Notes under the pieces: model-generated
What the model saw: only the letters and a program-made list of their open reading frames with translations
Told to the model about the DNA's origin: nothing
Database searches by the model: none
Shown here: positions 1-10,800 of the stretch, piece after piece
How the letters are laid out: every line of letters starts with the position of its first letter
How positions within the stretch are numbered: position 1 is the first letter of the stretch
DNA from: a virus
Taxonomy: Duplodnaviria; Caudoviricetes
Length of the DNA stretch: 64,000 bases
Reading direction: 5' to 3' (one strand)
Virus record (IMG/VR): IMGVR_UViG_3300033075_001053
Location: 11,497 to 75,496 of that record
Position numbers and translations under genes: made by a program

Positions 1-804
1 ATCCTTCGTAGTAGTCATTGGGACCGAGATAAAATTGAGAGGTTGATTCCTGGAGTGGATGTTGACTCTTGTATTATCCGGCACCGCAGCCGCCGACAGG
101 ACGAGGGTTACAGGCACAGGTTTTACGAACTATGGAGAGGCAAGAGTATGTATATCGGTAGACCACGGGTAGAAATCAAGAGTCCCATGGCTGGTTATAT
201 TGAGGAGTGGAAGCACGAGTACCAATCGAGCGTTCTCGAAGGGCTTCGGAAGGCTCGGACAGAGCCATTCAAGACCCTGAATGTTCAGCAGATTGTTCAG
301 CTCGCCACTTCAAGATCGCGGGTGACTCCTATTCCATGGATACGTCAGGCTCTTTGTTACTTTTTGGTTGTAAAGCAGAAGTGGAGCTACAGCAACGTAG
401 CCAGATTCATCGGTCTGGATCACACTACTGTCTTATACTCGGTCCGCTCACACCGACCGGAGATTGAAGATTTGTACGGGAAGTACTGTACATGGATAGC
501 GAGTGTACTCGAAACGTGGCCCGAAGAATACTGGAGAGAACTGTATAGAGTCTATTGGGACGATACTGTTATAGTCAGCGAGCCGGTACGGGAATTGTTT
601 CAGATTGTGGCTGAGGCGAAGAATTACATAACCCCTGATGTCAGCGTAGCCAAAGAGCAGAAGCCGACATATTGGATTAAGGTTCCACAGGATGTGCTTG
701 CTGGTGGGCTTCGAGCATCGATATCGACACGTCGGTATCAGGGGAATGTTTATGTATGGGGTGCGTATGCTTATCTCAAGAGGCTCGCGTGGATGACAGA
801 TTAA
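1..804 (+). CDS. 5'-truncated protein with DnaA C-terminal (domain IV)-like helix-turn-helix
   Basis: Frame is open from base 1. RQALCYFL...SYSNVARFIGLDHTTVLYSVR matches the DnaA domain IV signature (DHTTV). No AAA+ domain is visible. Confidence 0.65.
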   Translation: MLRSSHWDRDKIERLIPGVDVDSCIIRHRSRRQDEGYRHRFYELWRGKSMYIGRPRVEIKSPMAGYIEEWKHEYQSSVLEGLRKARTEPFKTLNVQQIVQLATSRSRVTPIPWIRQALCYFLVVKQKWSYSNVARFIGLDHTTVLYSVRSHRPEIEDLYGKYCTWIASVLETWPEEYWRELYRVYWDDTVIVSEPVRELFQIVAEAKNYITPDVSVAKEQKPTYWIKVPQDVLAGGLRASISTRRYQGNVYVWGAYAYLKRLAWMTD

Positions 805-1565
805 TCATAGACGAGTTTGAGCTGATCCGCGATGAGCTTAGGTTGTACCTTGATCCGTCGACGCCGATCATCAAGAGATTTACCGCGGCCTATAACGCTG
901 GGGCGAAGGTGGTTGATCTTATGAAGCGATACAACTACTCTTCTGTTGCTCGTATCGCTACAGCGCTGAAGGTTCCAGGAATCACTGCGGACATTCTTCG
1001 AAAGATTCTCGACTTTTGTGAGAAGATTTCTCTGGACGTTTACCTGGACCGCGTTCACTCTGAGCAGCCAAAATCGATAGAAGAAATGTGGGCCTCAGAG
1101 AGGTACCGGGTCAAGACTGATGAGACCTACAAGGACTCTCCGGCTGAAGTCAACATCAGAATTATCAACGAGTTGGCCAAAGGACTTGAGAAAATGAAGA
1201 CGTACGATTTCTCGCTGAAGGAGCTCAAGAAGATATCGGCCTATCTCACAGGTAAATTCCCGGCGATTACCCGTCAGAGTATGATCCGCGACCCATGGTT
1301 CTTTGCTATGCAGCCGTGTGTGGGCTGCGGCGAAGAGGTGGATATTGTGAAGTACCCTGATGGGTATGATGTTCTTGACTATCAGCTCGGGATTGTCGCG
1401 TTCCTGGTACCCATGTGCGAGACCTGCAAGAAGACAGGAAAGGTCGATCACACTCTGGCTCTGACTCTATACGCCCGGTACGCCAAACGGCTTGAGGAGG
1501 AGATACTGGACGCGCTCACTGACTTTGATTCAATGGAAGTAGATGATATAATTATAGGTGACTAA
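789..1565 (+). CDS. Hypothetical protein with C-terminal Zn-binding CxxC...CxxC (DUF968/HNHc-like) region
   Basis: PCVGCG...PMCETC motifs. GTG at 789 overlaps the upstream gene end and is a more plausible start than 756. Confidence 0.5.
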   Translation: MDDRLIIDEFELIRDELRLYLDPSTPIIKRFTAAYNAGAKVVDLMKRYNYSSVARIATALKVPGITADILRKILDFCEKISLDVYLDRVHSEQPKSIEEMWASERYRVKTDETYKDSPAEVNIRIINELAKGLEKMKTYDFSLKELKKISAYLTGKFPAITRQSMIRDPWFFAMQPCVGCGEEVDIVKYPDGYDVLDYQLGIVAFLVPMCETCKKTGKVDHTLALTLYARYAKRLEEEILDALTDFDSMEVDDIIIGD

Positions 1566-2266
1566 TGACAGCCTCACATGCAGGAAACATAGGTGATATT
1601 ATTTATTCTTTGCCAACCTTTCGTGAGCTCGGAGGAGGAACTATTTCTCTTAGAGTGTCGCGTCTTTTGCCAAGAAAGTTTGCTGATGATCTTCGCCCGC
1701 TCTTGGAGTCACAGCCTTACGTCAAGCGAGTTATCGTGGACGAGAACGGCAACGTCCCAATTGATGTGGAGCTTGACGCCTTTCGGCGACGCGACATTCA
1801 GCTTGTAGGAGGACACATAGGGATGTGGTATAATCACACCTCCGGAGTCTTTCCGGATCTGTCTCAGAAGTGGATCTATGCCAACAAAAACACAAAGTTC
1901 TTCAATGCGATTATCATCAATCGCACCAAGAGGTATCGTGAAGATACGATCAGCTATGAGTTACTGAACAAAGTCAACAGACCGAAATACTTTTGGGGTA
2001 ATGACGCAGAATATGAGCAGTTTTCGTACTACGTCCCATGTGAAAGACTTATTTTTGAGAATTACATGGAGCTTGCCGAGGCCATTGCTGGGTGTTACTG
2101 TTTCATAGGGAATACGTCGTTTGCTTACTCTCTGGCTGAGGCGATGAAGGTCAAGCGCATAGTGGAGGTTCCGAGGTTCTCTCCTAACGCCTTTCCAATA
2201 GGAGCAAAAGGATATCAGTTTTCCTTTCAGGATATGTTCGACAAAATATTAGCTACGTATTTATGA
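1565..2266 (+). CDS. Glycosyltransferase family 9 (heptosyltransferase-like)
   Basis: N-terminal GNIGDIIYSLP and C-terminal AIAGCYCFIGNTSFAYSLAEAM resemble the GT9 motifs GDxxxxxP and FIGNDSGPxHLAAA. Confidence 0.7.
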   Translation: MTASHAGNIGDIIYSLPTFRELGGGTISLRVSRLLPRKFADDLRPLLESQPYVKRVIVDENGNVPIDVELDAFRRRDIQLVGGHIGMWYNHTSGVFPDLSQKWIYANKNTKFFNAIIINRTKRYREDTISYELLNKVNRPKYFWGNDAEYEQFSYYVPCERLIFENYMELAEAIAGCYCFIGNTSFAYSLAEAMKVKRIVEVPRFSPNAFPIGAKGYQFSFQDMFDKILATYL

Positions 2267-2526
2267 GCAAGTGGGAAGACGATCTAATGGAATTTATGAC
2301 CAACAGGGTGTTTGCACATAATCCAAAGCCGAAGCCCCCGGTGTATGCAGGAGGGAAGCTTTTACAAGAGATTGCAAAAGTCAATCCCAACCTTGCTCGT
2401 GATATTGCAAAAGAAATCCTTGCCGGTAGAACTATGACCGACGAGGAGGGTGTCAATTTTTCACAACAATACATGGAGAAAGCTATGAAGAAAAAAGGCA
2501 AGGGCGGCACCAAGAAGGGTTGCTAA
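2263..2526 (+). CDS. Hypothetical protein (87 aa)
   Basis: ATGA overlap with the GT9 stop; basic C-terminus. Confidence 0.6.
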   Translation: MSKWEDDLMEFMTNRVFAHNPKPKPPVYAGGKLLQEIAKVNPNLARDIAKEILAGRTMTDEEGVNFSQQYMEKAMKKKGKGGTKKGC

Positions 2527-2532
2527 CCTTAA

Positions 2533-2579
2533 AACGGGGGCCGTTTCAAGCTGTTACTTTCCGGCCCCTATTTATTCAT
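2533..2579 (+). promoter_or_regulatory. GC-rich hairpin plus TTTATTCAT, copy 1 of a repeated intergenic element
   Basis: GGGGCCG (2537-2543) pairs with CGGCCCC (2562-2568), followed by TTTATTCAT. A similar element lies at 19122-19172. Confidence 0.5.
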
Positions 2580-2592
2580 TAATGGAGGTATT

Positions 2593-2772
2593 ATGGACGA
2601 AAACATTTTTCCAGTTGAAGGTGATCCAATACTCAACGCTTATCGTGTTGTAGCGCAGGATAGAATTTTCCGAATGGAACAGTTCAACATTGAAGTTAAA
2701 GCCCTGATGGAGAAGTGGGGCATGGAGCAGACTGACCGCGGTATCGTGGTAAAGGATCCTGTTACAAATTGA
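2593..2772 (+). CDS. Hypothetical protein (59 aa, absent from ORF track)
   Basis: GGAGG ribosome-binding site, then ATG at 2593; MDENIFPVEGDP...KDPVTN-stop. Confidence 0.65.
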   Translation: MDENIFPVEGDPILNAYRVVAQDRIFRMEQFNIEVKALMEKWGMEQTDRGIVVKDPVTN

Positions 2773-2777
2773 TTCCC

Positions 2778-2839
2778 GTTCGGCGAGCTACTTCTTCCGT
2801 GTCAATTCCCTGGCCCGCAATCCCCCCGGCTCGCCGAAC
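2778..2839. terminator. 11-bp inverted repeat between convergent genes; putative bidirectional terminator or processing stem
   Basis: GTTCGGCGAGC (2778-2788) and GCTCGCCGAAC (2829-2839) with a 40-nt loop. Confidence 0.5.
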
Positions 2840-2841
2840 TT

Positions 2842-4863
2842 TTATGCTGCAGTAGTCCATTCTAAATAACTACCTGCATGGACAGTAGTGTTTGTTCCGT
2901 TGCTTGTGGCTTGAGCCCATTGGAAGCCAAACGTAGCGGCATTCGAGCCGTTCTGCCAACTTATTTCAAACTCCACCCATCCACCAGTTGTTCCTGTTCC
3001 GGCAGCCAGTGTTGTAGATCCGGTAATTGCAGCCTCAGACGTAGTAATCAGAGTAGTAAGGTTCGTAGGGTCAATGTGCTTACGAACAATGCGAACCTTA
3101 GTAGGGCTCGATGGTCCAGTTAGTGCATACTTAAAGTCACCAGAAGCACCAGTAGTAAAGAACACTCGAATACGAACGATATAGTTCGTGTTTGCTGCCA
3201 TCGAAAACGCGAGTGTATTGTCAGTAAACAACGTGTTGTTGTTCGTGACATTTTGATCGGCAGTCTTGACAACAACATTCCACCCCTTGCCATACAGACC
3301 ATCCCCCTTCCAAACCTTTGTGTTGTCATTGGGGGCTTTGACCATAAACCCGTGCTTGGTAATCGACACGTCATTTGTGGCGTTGTCGGCCAGTGTCATC
3401 TTGGCTTCTGTGACCGCTCCATTGGCTATAGTGGCCGCGAAGCTTCCTGTTCCCGTTCCTGTTACGTCGCCTGTAAGCGTAATGGTTTGATCGCCTGTAT
3501 TGGTACCGGCGACTGTAGCCGCGGAAGAAACGGTAAGATTCCCCGATAGGGCAATAGTTCTATCGGCGTCAGCGATCTGGATTTTTAGCGTTCGATTGCC
3601 GGTCAGAGTGTTATCATTCTGAATTGTCAAAAGCTTGGTCGCTGTGTCTTGAAGTTTAAACCCTGTGGCCGTTGCCTTGAGTGTCGTCAGAACGCTGGTT
3701 ATCGAAGTAATATCCCCGTTGGCTCCCGAGGCGGCTCCGCCTAAGCTCGCAAGAGTAATGGTGACGTCAGAACTTAAGGCGTTCCCATTGACCGTTCTGG
3801 TGTTTGGGACGACATTGGCTGCGACTGCGTACGAAGATAGATCTTGGTCCCCGGTGTTAGTCCCGGCGACAGTGGCCGCGGAGGAGACAGTGAGATCTCC
3901 GGAAAGATTAACGGTTCGACTTGCGTCGTTAACCAGAACGTTGAGGATCCTACCTGCCGTTAGTGTCTCGTTAGGTTTAATCGTGAGAGCATTAGAGTCT
4001 CCTCCCTTAACCACGAGTCCTGTCTGATTCAACAGTACAGAAGTAATGTCTGTGTTTGCTCCCGAGGCTGCTCCTCCCAGAGATGCGAGGGTAATCGTGA
4101 CATTCGACGACAGAGCATTACCATTGACTGTACGAGTATTGGGGACGACATTGGCAGTAAGGGCGTACGAGGATAAGTCCTGATCGCCCGTATTTGTTCC
4201 GGCGACAGTGGCCGCCGAGGATACAGTGAGATTCCCACCAAGGTCAATAGTTCTACTTGCGTCATTGACGATAAAGTTCAAGACTCGGCCAGCCGTCAGC
4301 GTTTCATTCGGTTTTATCGTCAGTGCGTTGGCGTCCCCGCCCTTGACTACAAGGCCGGATTGGTTAAGGAGAACAGAGGTAAGATCTGTGTTGGCTCCCG
4401 ACGCTGCCCCTCCCAGAGAGGCAAGAGTAATGGTGACGTTAGAGCTTAGTGCATTGCCATTAACCGTCCGAGTATTCGGCACGACGTTAGCAGTAAGAGC
4501 GTAGCCGGAAAGATCTTGATCCCCCGTATTAACCCCGGAAGTATTCCCGATCACTACAAGTTGAGCGTCGGTGACGTATCGTTTGTCGGCGGAGCTGGCA
4601 ATATCTGCCGTGGTCGCAAGCATCCCTGAGATGACCAACCCGTAATCGTCAACCAGAAATTTTGTGTACGTCCCAGAAATTGTCGGACGATTCATTCGCA
4701 CTATCCCATAGTGCTTTACGTAATCCACCGCCTCGTAGCCATCGGCTACAAGATTTACTGGTACATAATAATCCTGCCCGCTATCAACGTCTTGAACGCG
4801 ATAGGTATGTGGTCCGCCTTCTGACGAAAGGTCGATTTCTTCTATGTAATCAAAGGTGTACAT
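2842..4863 (-). CDS. Tail fibre-like protein with internal 112-aa tandem repeats (673 aa)
   Basis: Gly/Ala/Thr/Asn-rich. Repeated NTGDQDLS...VPNTRTVNGNALSSNVTIT...LTVSSAATVAGT units; VPxTRTVNGxAL is a common phage fibre motif. Confidence 0.75.
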   Translation of the reverse strand: MYTFDYIEEIDLSSEGGPHTYRVQDVDSGQDYYVPVNLVADGYEAVDYVKHYGIVRMNRPTISGTYTKFLVDDYGLVISGMLATTADIASSADKRYVTDAQLVVIGNTSGVNTGDQDLSGYALTANVVPNTRTVNGNALSSNVTITLASLGGAASGANTDLTSVLLNQSGLVVKGGDANALTIKPNETLTAGRVLNFIVNDASRTIDLGGNLTVSSAATVAGTNTGDQDLSSYALTANVVPNTRTVNGNALSSNVTITLASLGGAASGANTDITSVLLNQTGLVVKGGDSNALTIKPNETLTAGRILNVLVNDASRTVNLSGDLTVSSAATVAGTNTGDQDLSSYAVAANVVPNTRTVNGNALSSDVTITLASLGGAASGANGDITSITSVLTTLKATATGFKLQDTATKLLTIQNDNTLTGNRTLKIQIADADRTIALSGNLTVSSAATVAGTNTGDQTITLTGDVTGTGTGSFAATIANGAVTEAKMTLADNATNDVSITKHGFMVKAPNDNTKVWKGDGLYGKGWNVVVKTADQNVTNNNTLFTDNTLAFSMAANTNYIVRIRVFFTTGASGDFKYALTGPSSPTKVRIVRKHIDPTNLTTLITTSEAAITGSTTLAAGTGTTGGWVEFEISWQNGSNAATFGFQWAQATSNGTNTTVHAGSYLEWTTAA
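3480..4530 (-). repeat. Three 336-357-bp coding repeats
   Basis: The GDQ anchor recurs at 4517, 4181, 3845 (336-bp spacing) and 3488 (357 bp). Confidence 0.85.
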
Positions 4864-7800
4864 TATGTTTGGTCGTATGATATTGGAAGCGTCGGGTGGG
4901 TTCCTGCAGATCCCTTGACTCCAACTTTAGTTACGCTAACTGATCCTTCTTTGATCTTGATGTATCGGTCTGATCCGGTTTCGTGACGGAAGCGAATGTT
5001 GAGCTTATCTACTCCACTTGTGAGTTTGATAATATCTGTGCCGGTAATAAAGAACTTGGACCCCGATTCAGGAACTTCGGTGGCGCTTATGACGCCGTTA
5101 TTCAGAAGTGCCTGGCGTTCGGTTGCTGCAAGCTCAAGATCGGTATTAACATTTAAGGTTCGGTAGTGTGTGTCTCCAATAAACAGCGCAATCTGTGGAT
5201 ACCACACATCGGCTGCAAGTGTATTGCTTGTTGGGTAGCGCCCAAGTCCAAACATCCGAACAGATACAGAGAGAATTATGTCTTCTGTTTCGTCGTGCAT
5301 GACATACCACGGAGGGTCGGTAGCCTCTGTCTCGTCAGCGAAGACCCACCCCGCATCGTCATTGATATTCTGAACATGGTAGTACAACTTCTCCCAGGTT
5401 CCGGTAGCTATAGTTTTGTCGGTCGACCGCGCCCCGGATATTGTGAAGAAGTTTGAATCCCAAGAAGTATTCCAGTTGTAATTGACCAGAGATATCTTGC
5501 TGGTGTGAGCTGTGGCCGTGTCGTGAATGGCAACGATGCCAAACTGATTGTCGACAAACTCCAAGTCAGTGACTTCGGGTTGGTCCAACCCCATCGCCGT
5601 TACGGTCAATGTTGTGCCGGAAATCATCAGTAAGTCATTGACGCCGACGTAGGTACGAACAGAGCCAATTCCAGAAAGCGTTCGAAGGCCAAATGTATAA
5701 GGGTCGCTATAGGTTCCCGACCCTGTCATGATCTTGTAGATCGGGGTTCCGGATCCAAGATTATCAATGTCGTAATAAATCTCGGTACCGGAGGCGAACA
5801 GCTCAATCTCATCGGCATGAATGGTCATTCCAAGACCTGTGCCGGCGATGATTGATTTGAAGTTGACTTGGTATGGAGAGGCCAGCGTTCCTGCGCCTGT
5901 GGTGTTTTTATAGACTGCTCCACCGGTGCCAACGCTATTAAACTCCCACATACGGTTATTGTAGATTTCAATGTCATCGGCGCTAACATTGAAAGCAATT
6001 CCGCTTCCTGGGATCAAGGATTTGAGATGAGCAACAAACGGATCGGCCTCTGTTCCCGTCCCTGTGGTGTCGCGCCATATTCCTGACCCGGTACCCACGT
6101 TGTCGACCTCAAAGTAATTCGATCCTGAGACGAGGATTGTGTCCGATACGGTAGAGACAGAGATCCCTCCAGTCCCACTTATTCGTTTGATGTTGAAAGT
6201 AAACGGGTCACCAACTGATCCATCCCCTGATGTATCACGGTAAATATCCTCTCCGGTTCCAACGCCACTTGCGGCGTAGTAGAGAGTAAGCCCGGTTCCT
6301 GAGACAATGATTTCGTTATCGTCTTCTGAGGCATAGATTGAGATTCCTCCAGCTCCGGTGAAGGATCTAAAGTTGAGATAAGAATTGGTTCCGTCATACG
6401 CAATCTTTCCTTGATAAACTCCCATGCCACCGCCGACATTGGCTCCGAGCACAGAGACGTTGAGCATATACGCCCCACCCGAGCAAGCAAGAAGTCCGAG
6501 ATCATTTGATACTCCAAAGTTCCTGAACGCGAACAGAGAATTTGTGCCACTCGCTTCGGTCTTCCAATACCAGTTATAGGGGGTGTCCAGAGCCACGCAA
6601 TAACCAGAAGCAACAGCCTCATACCCAGAGGCCGAGATCATGATCTCATCAGCAAGGTCGTCGACTATAATACCGGGCCCGGCTAATATAGTTTTGAGAT
6701 GGAAAGTATTATTGACGCCTGACACAGTCGTGTCTCTCCATACATGACCGCTGCCCACGCCGACGTTATCCATATCATAGGTACTTCCTTCTCCGGCTGT
6801 TCCTGAGATCGTCAGGAAGTTTGTCCCTGATATTACGGTGATGGTTCCAGCCCCTACCAGACCTTTGAAGAACAGAGTAACGTCGCCGTTAGATGAGGTC
6901 TTGTGGTCGTAGACCGGAGTTCCGCCAAGGTTACTTCCGGTAACAGTATGATGGAAGGTGATGTGGTAGTCGTCCTGCTGAACGAATAGGTCTCCGGTTA
7001 CAGAAAGTGTCTTGAGTTGGACAACGTGATCGCTTGCGTTGATCGATCCGATTCGCCCTTGCCAATCGTCCGCCCCAACGCCGATAAACGTCACCCATTC
7101 TCCAACTACGTACCCCGCTCCGCCGTCGGCAATAATGGCTGTTGGTAGTCCGCCAGCAATGGTAACCACCACCGTCATGTCGGCGCCGCTGCCACCGGTT
7201 GTTGTACAGTAGTAAGTTCCGTCTGCATCGGCTGTCCCTGGGGTGACAATATCGAAGGTTAAAGCTACGCCGCCGGTTCTTGTGTTGAGGTAGACTTCGC
7301 CCGTATCACCGCCGATGTTCCTGAAGGTGTACTCTGTCGGAACGAATTCCGTTCCAGAAACAATAATATTATCCCCGTCCTCGTAGACCGTGACATTTCC
7401 AACCCCGGAGATTGTCCGCAGATTGAAAACGAATGGATCTGAGATCGTTCCTGATCCTGTAATGTCACGATAAACTCTGGATGCTCCACCAACATTCTCC
7501 ATGTCGTAGTAGAGCTGAGGCCAGAGATTGTTGATGATGATTTCTTCGTCTGTGTCTGAGTACAGAACCTCTATTCCACTACCGGCAACAATCGTTCTAA
7601 AGTGAAGGACAGATCCACTATAGGTTTTGTGTGAGTACCACTCAAGACCGGAGCCAAGATTATCCGCTTCAATATCAACGTCAAGGATGTAGGCTCCGCC
7701 AGCGCATTCGCTAATAGTAAGATCGTGGGCGCCTCTGAAGTTTCTAAAGACAAACGACTTTGTATGAGTCCCGCTATTGGTTACGGTCTGCCAGTAGAAG

Positions 7801-10800
7801 TTATAGGGAGTTGAGACCGAGGCACAGACCCCGGATGCGATGGCCTCGTAATTCCAGGCATCGGAGTCAATACGAATTTCATCAGCAAGATCAGTGACAA
7901 TAATCCCGCTACCGGCCAGAATTGTCTTAAGATGGAACGTGCTGGTAAGCCCGGATGTGGTATTTCTCCATACATGACCCTCGCCTGTTCCGACGTTATC
8001 CATGTCGTAGAGGTGATCATTGTCCGTTCCGGAGACCATGATAAGATCCCCGTCTTCATAGACGACGACACTCCCTATACCGGATATGGTTCTGAGATGG
8101 AAGACGTACGGATCCCCGACGTCGCCTGTGCCCGTGGTGTTTTTGTAAACCCTGGACGCCCCGCCAACATTGTCCTCGTCATAGTACAGAGCGGGCATTC
8201 CGGAGATCAGAATCTCATTATCGGTTGCTGAGTAATAAGTTCTGACCGTTCCAATTCCAGATACGGTTCTGAAGTTGAAGACTTCAGGATCCGACCCGGT
8301 TGTATTCTTGTACCAATTAAGACCGGAACCGACATTGCTCACATCGTAGGTGTGATCAGTTCCACTAATCGTCACCTCATCGGTCCCGGTTGTGATAGTC
8401 ACACTTCCGGCTTGCTTTAATGTTCTGAAGTAGAACATATTTGGAGCACCGGAGACGAGGGTTTGGTAAACCTCTCCTTCGCCCGATCCTACGTTATCGG
8501 CGTCATACACCATTCCGGATGCAGGGACAAGGATCCCCTCTGTCCCCGAAATAAGGATTCTGTCGCCATCGTAGAACAGGTGAACCGATCCGGTCCCAGA
8601 AAGAGTTCTGAGGTTGAATTCTTCGGGGCTGGTTCCAGTAGTATCCCGGTATACCTCGTAGGCTCCGCCGACGTTATTGACGGTGTAGGTGTGATCTGTC
8701 CCACTAACGATCAACGTGTTGTCGGAGAGACTTACATTGACCGACCCTACTCCGCTGATGCTATGCAGATTTTCTGTATGACTACTACCGGCGTCCGTGG
8801 TATCTCGCCAAACTGGATAACCGTGCCCAACGTTGGCCACGTAGTACAGATCATTGGTATCGGTGCCCGAGACAATTAGGGTATTGTCACTGATCGATAC
8901 AGTTGTCGACCCAACCCCCGATATAGTCCTGAGATTAAAGGTGTGTGCGCTTCCTGCATCCGTGGTGTCCTTCCACACCCCGAAGCCGTGACCGATGTTC
9001 GACACACTATAGGTGTCATTTGTGTCGGTGTACACCGTCCCGGAGATAATAATCTCATCCCCGCCCGGTGAGTACTGAACACTGACCGATCCTACTCCAG
9101 ATACGGTTCTGAAGCGCAAGGTTTCGGCAACGTTGTCTTTGTACCACTCGAGGCCCGACCCTACATTTTCGCCGACAAACTGCGTCCCGCTGATGTAAAT
9201 CTCATTGCCAGATGTTGTAACGTAGACGTAGTCGCCCTGCTTAATGGTTCTGAGGTTGACGATGTTTGGCGACCCAGACGTGGTGCTCTCCCACACTTGA
9301 CCTTCTCCGGAGCCGATGTTCACGAAGTCGTAAAAAGCTCCGTCTCCGCCACCGCTGGCTGTTGAGGAAATGCGAATATCATCACCAAGATCCTCAACGA
9401 GAATGTTGCTGCCGGCCAGAATGCCTTTAAGATTGAAGGTAAATGGTCCACTGCCAGTCGTGTCCCTATACACTCCTATTCCTGATCCAACGTTGTCGGT
9501 CTCGTATATGGCCCCACCGGTACCCGAAATCGTAACGATGTCTCCATCGAGTCCTACGACCACACTCCCTACTCCGCTGATCGTTCGAAGGTGAAGCGTG
9601 GTGTCTCCTCCAACTCCGGAAGTGGTGTTTCTCCAGATAAGGCCAACGGCGTCGCCAACGTTATCAGCGCTGACAATAGGATTGTAGAAGCTTATGGTAA
9701 TGTAGTCTTCATCTTCCGAAAGGAAGAGATCACCTTCAACCTGTAACCGCCGGAACCAGTATACACCTCCCGAATAGGTTTTATACACCTCTCCCACGTT
9801 AACCCCGGAGGCCCCGAGGTTATCAAGCGTAAAGCAGTCTCGATTGATCTCAAACCAGACTTTTGCTGCGTAGGTTCGAGGATCTATCCCATCCGGATAG
9901 AGCAGGTTTGGCACGGGGTCATCAACGGAAACGTGCGGGATGATACAGTCCGATTCCTTGAAGAAGATTCTTGTGGTGTGAGGCGACGAGTGGACAGTTT
10001 CATCCGGGTCGTAGAGCTGCAGAACAGGAGTAACCCGGTGACGTATGAAGACCGTTTCTGTCCCACTGACGTAAGGATATTCGTTTGTAGTGAGCCACGT
10101 CGCGTTTGCCTTCTTGATGATCGGCGTGACCCACGCAGTCGGAAGATCATGGTGGGTGCCCGAGACGTTTGGCCACACGCCTTCAAAGTTGTACGAGTCT
10201 CCGAAGAAGTACAAAAGAGAAGTGTCGTCATCAACAATGTAGCCAGGATCGCCATTGAACTGTGGAGCGTCCGTTCCTCCATTGATCCACTTGTATCCTA
10301 CATACAGACGATTGTTCGTGAGGCCCTTGATGCTGATCCGATCAGTAGACTCATTGGCAATTTCCCAATCTATACCATGTGTTCCCGATGCGGTGGTGTC
10401 GATAAAGTCAAGAAGCTTTACCGTGTCGTAGGCCGTCGGGCGGGCCGGAACGGACACTCCATTCTCTTGGACGGTCAGCGGAGCAAACGCCTCTACGTTG
10501 GCTTTGATCCCGTCGCGAGTGACGCGCCAGGTAACGTAGTCGTTGTCGACGAAATTGAGCTTTAGCGTTGGATGAACGATCTGAACGTTGTTGTGCAGGG
10601 TAGCCAGATACTCAAACTTCGGAGGGAGTTTGTCTGGTTGTCTCTTAACAACTGTTTCAGTAGTGGGGGCCTCGGGGGCTTTTGCTGGTTCCTGATCTGC
10701 CTTTTTTGCAAGCTGATCGGACAGTGCGTTAAACGCAATTTCTATACGACGATGCTCATCGTCATGCTTGGCCGTGCCACGCTTTGTGTCATTCTCGGGT

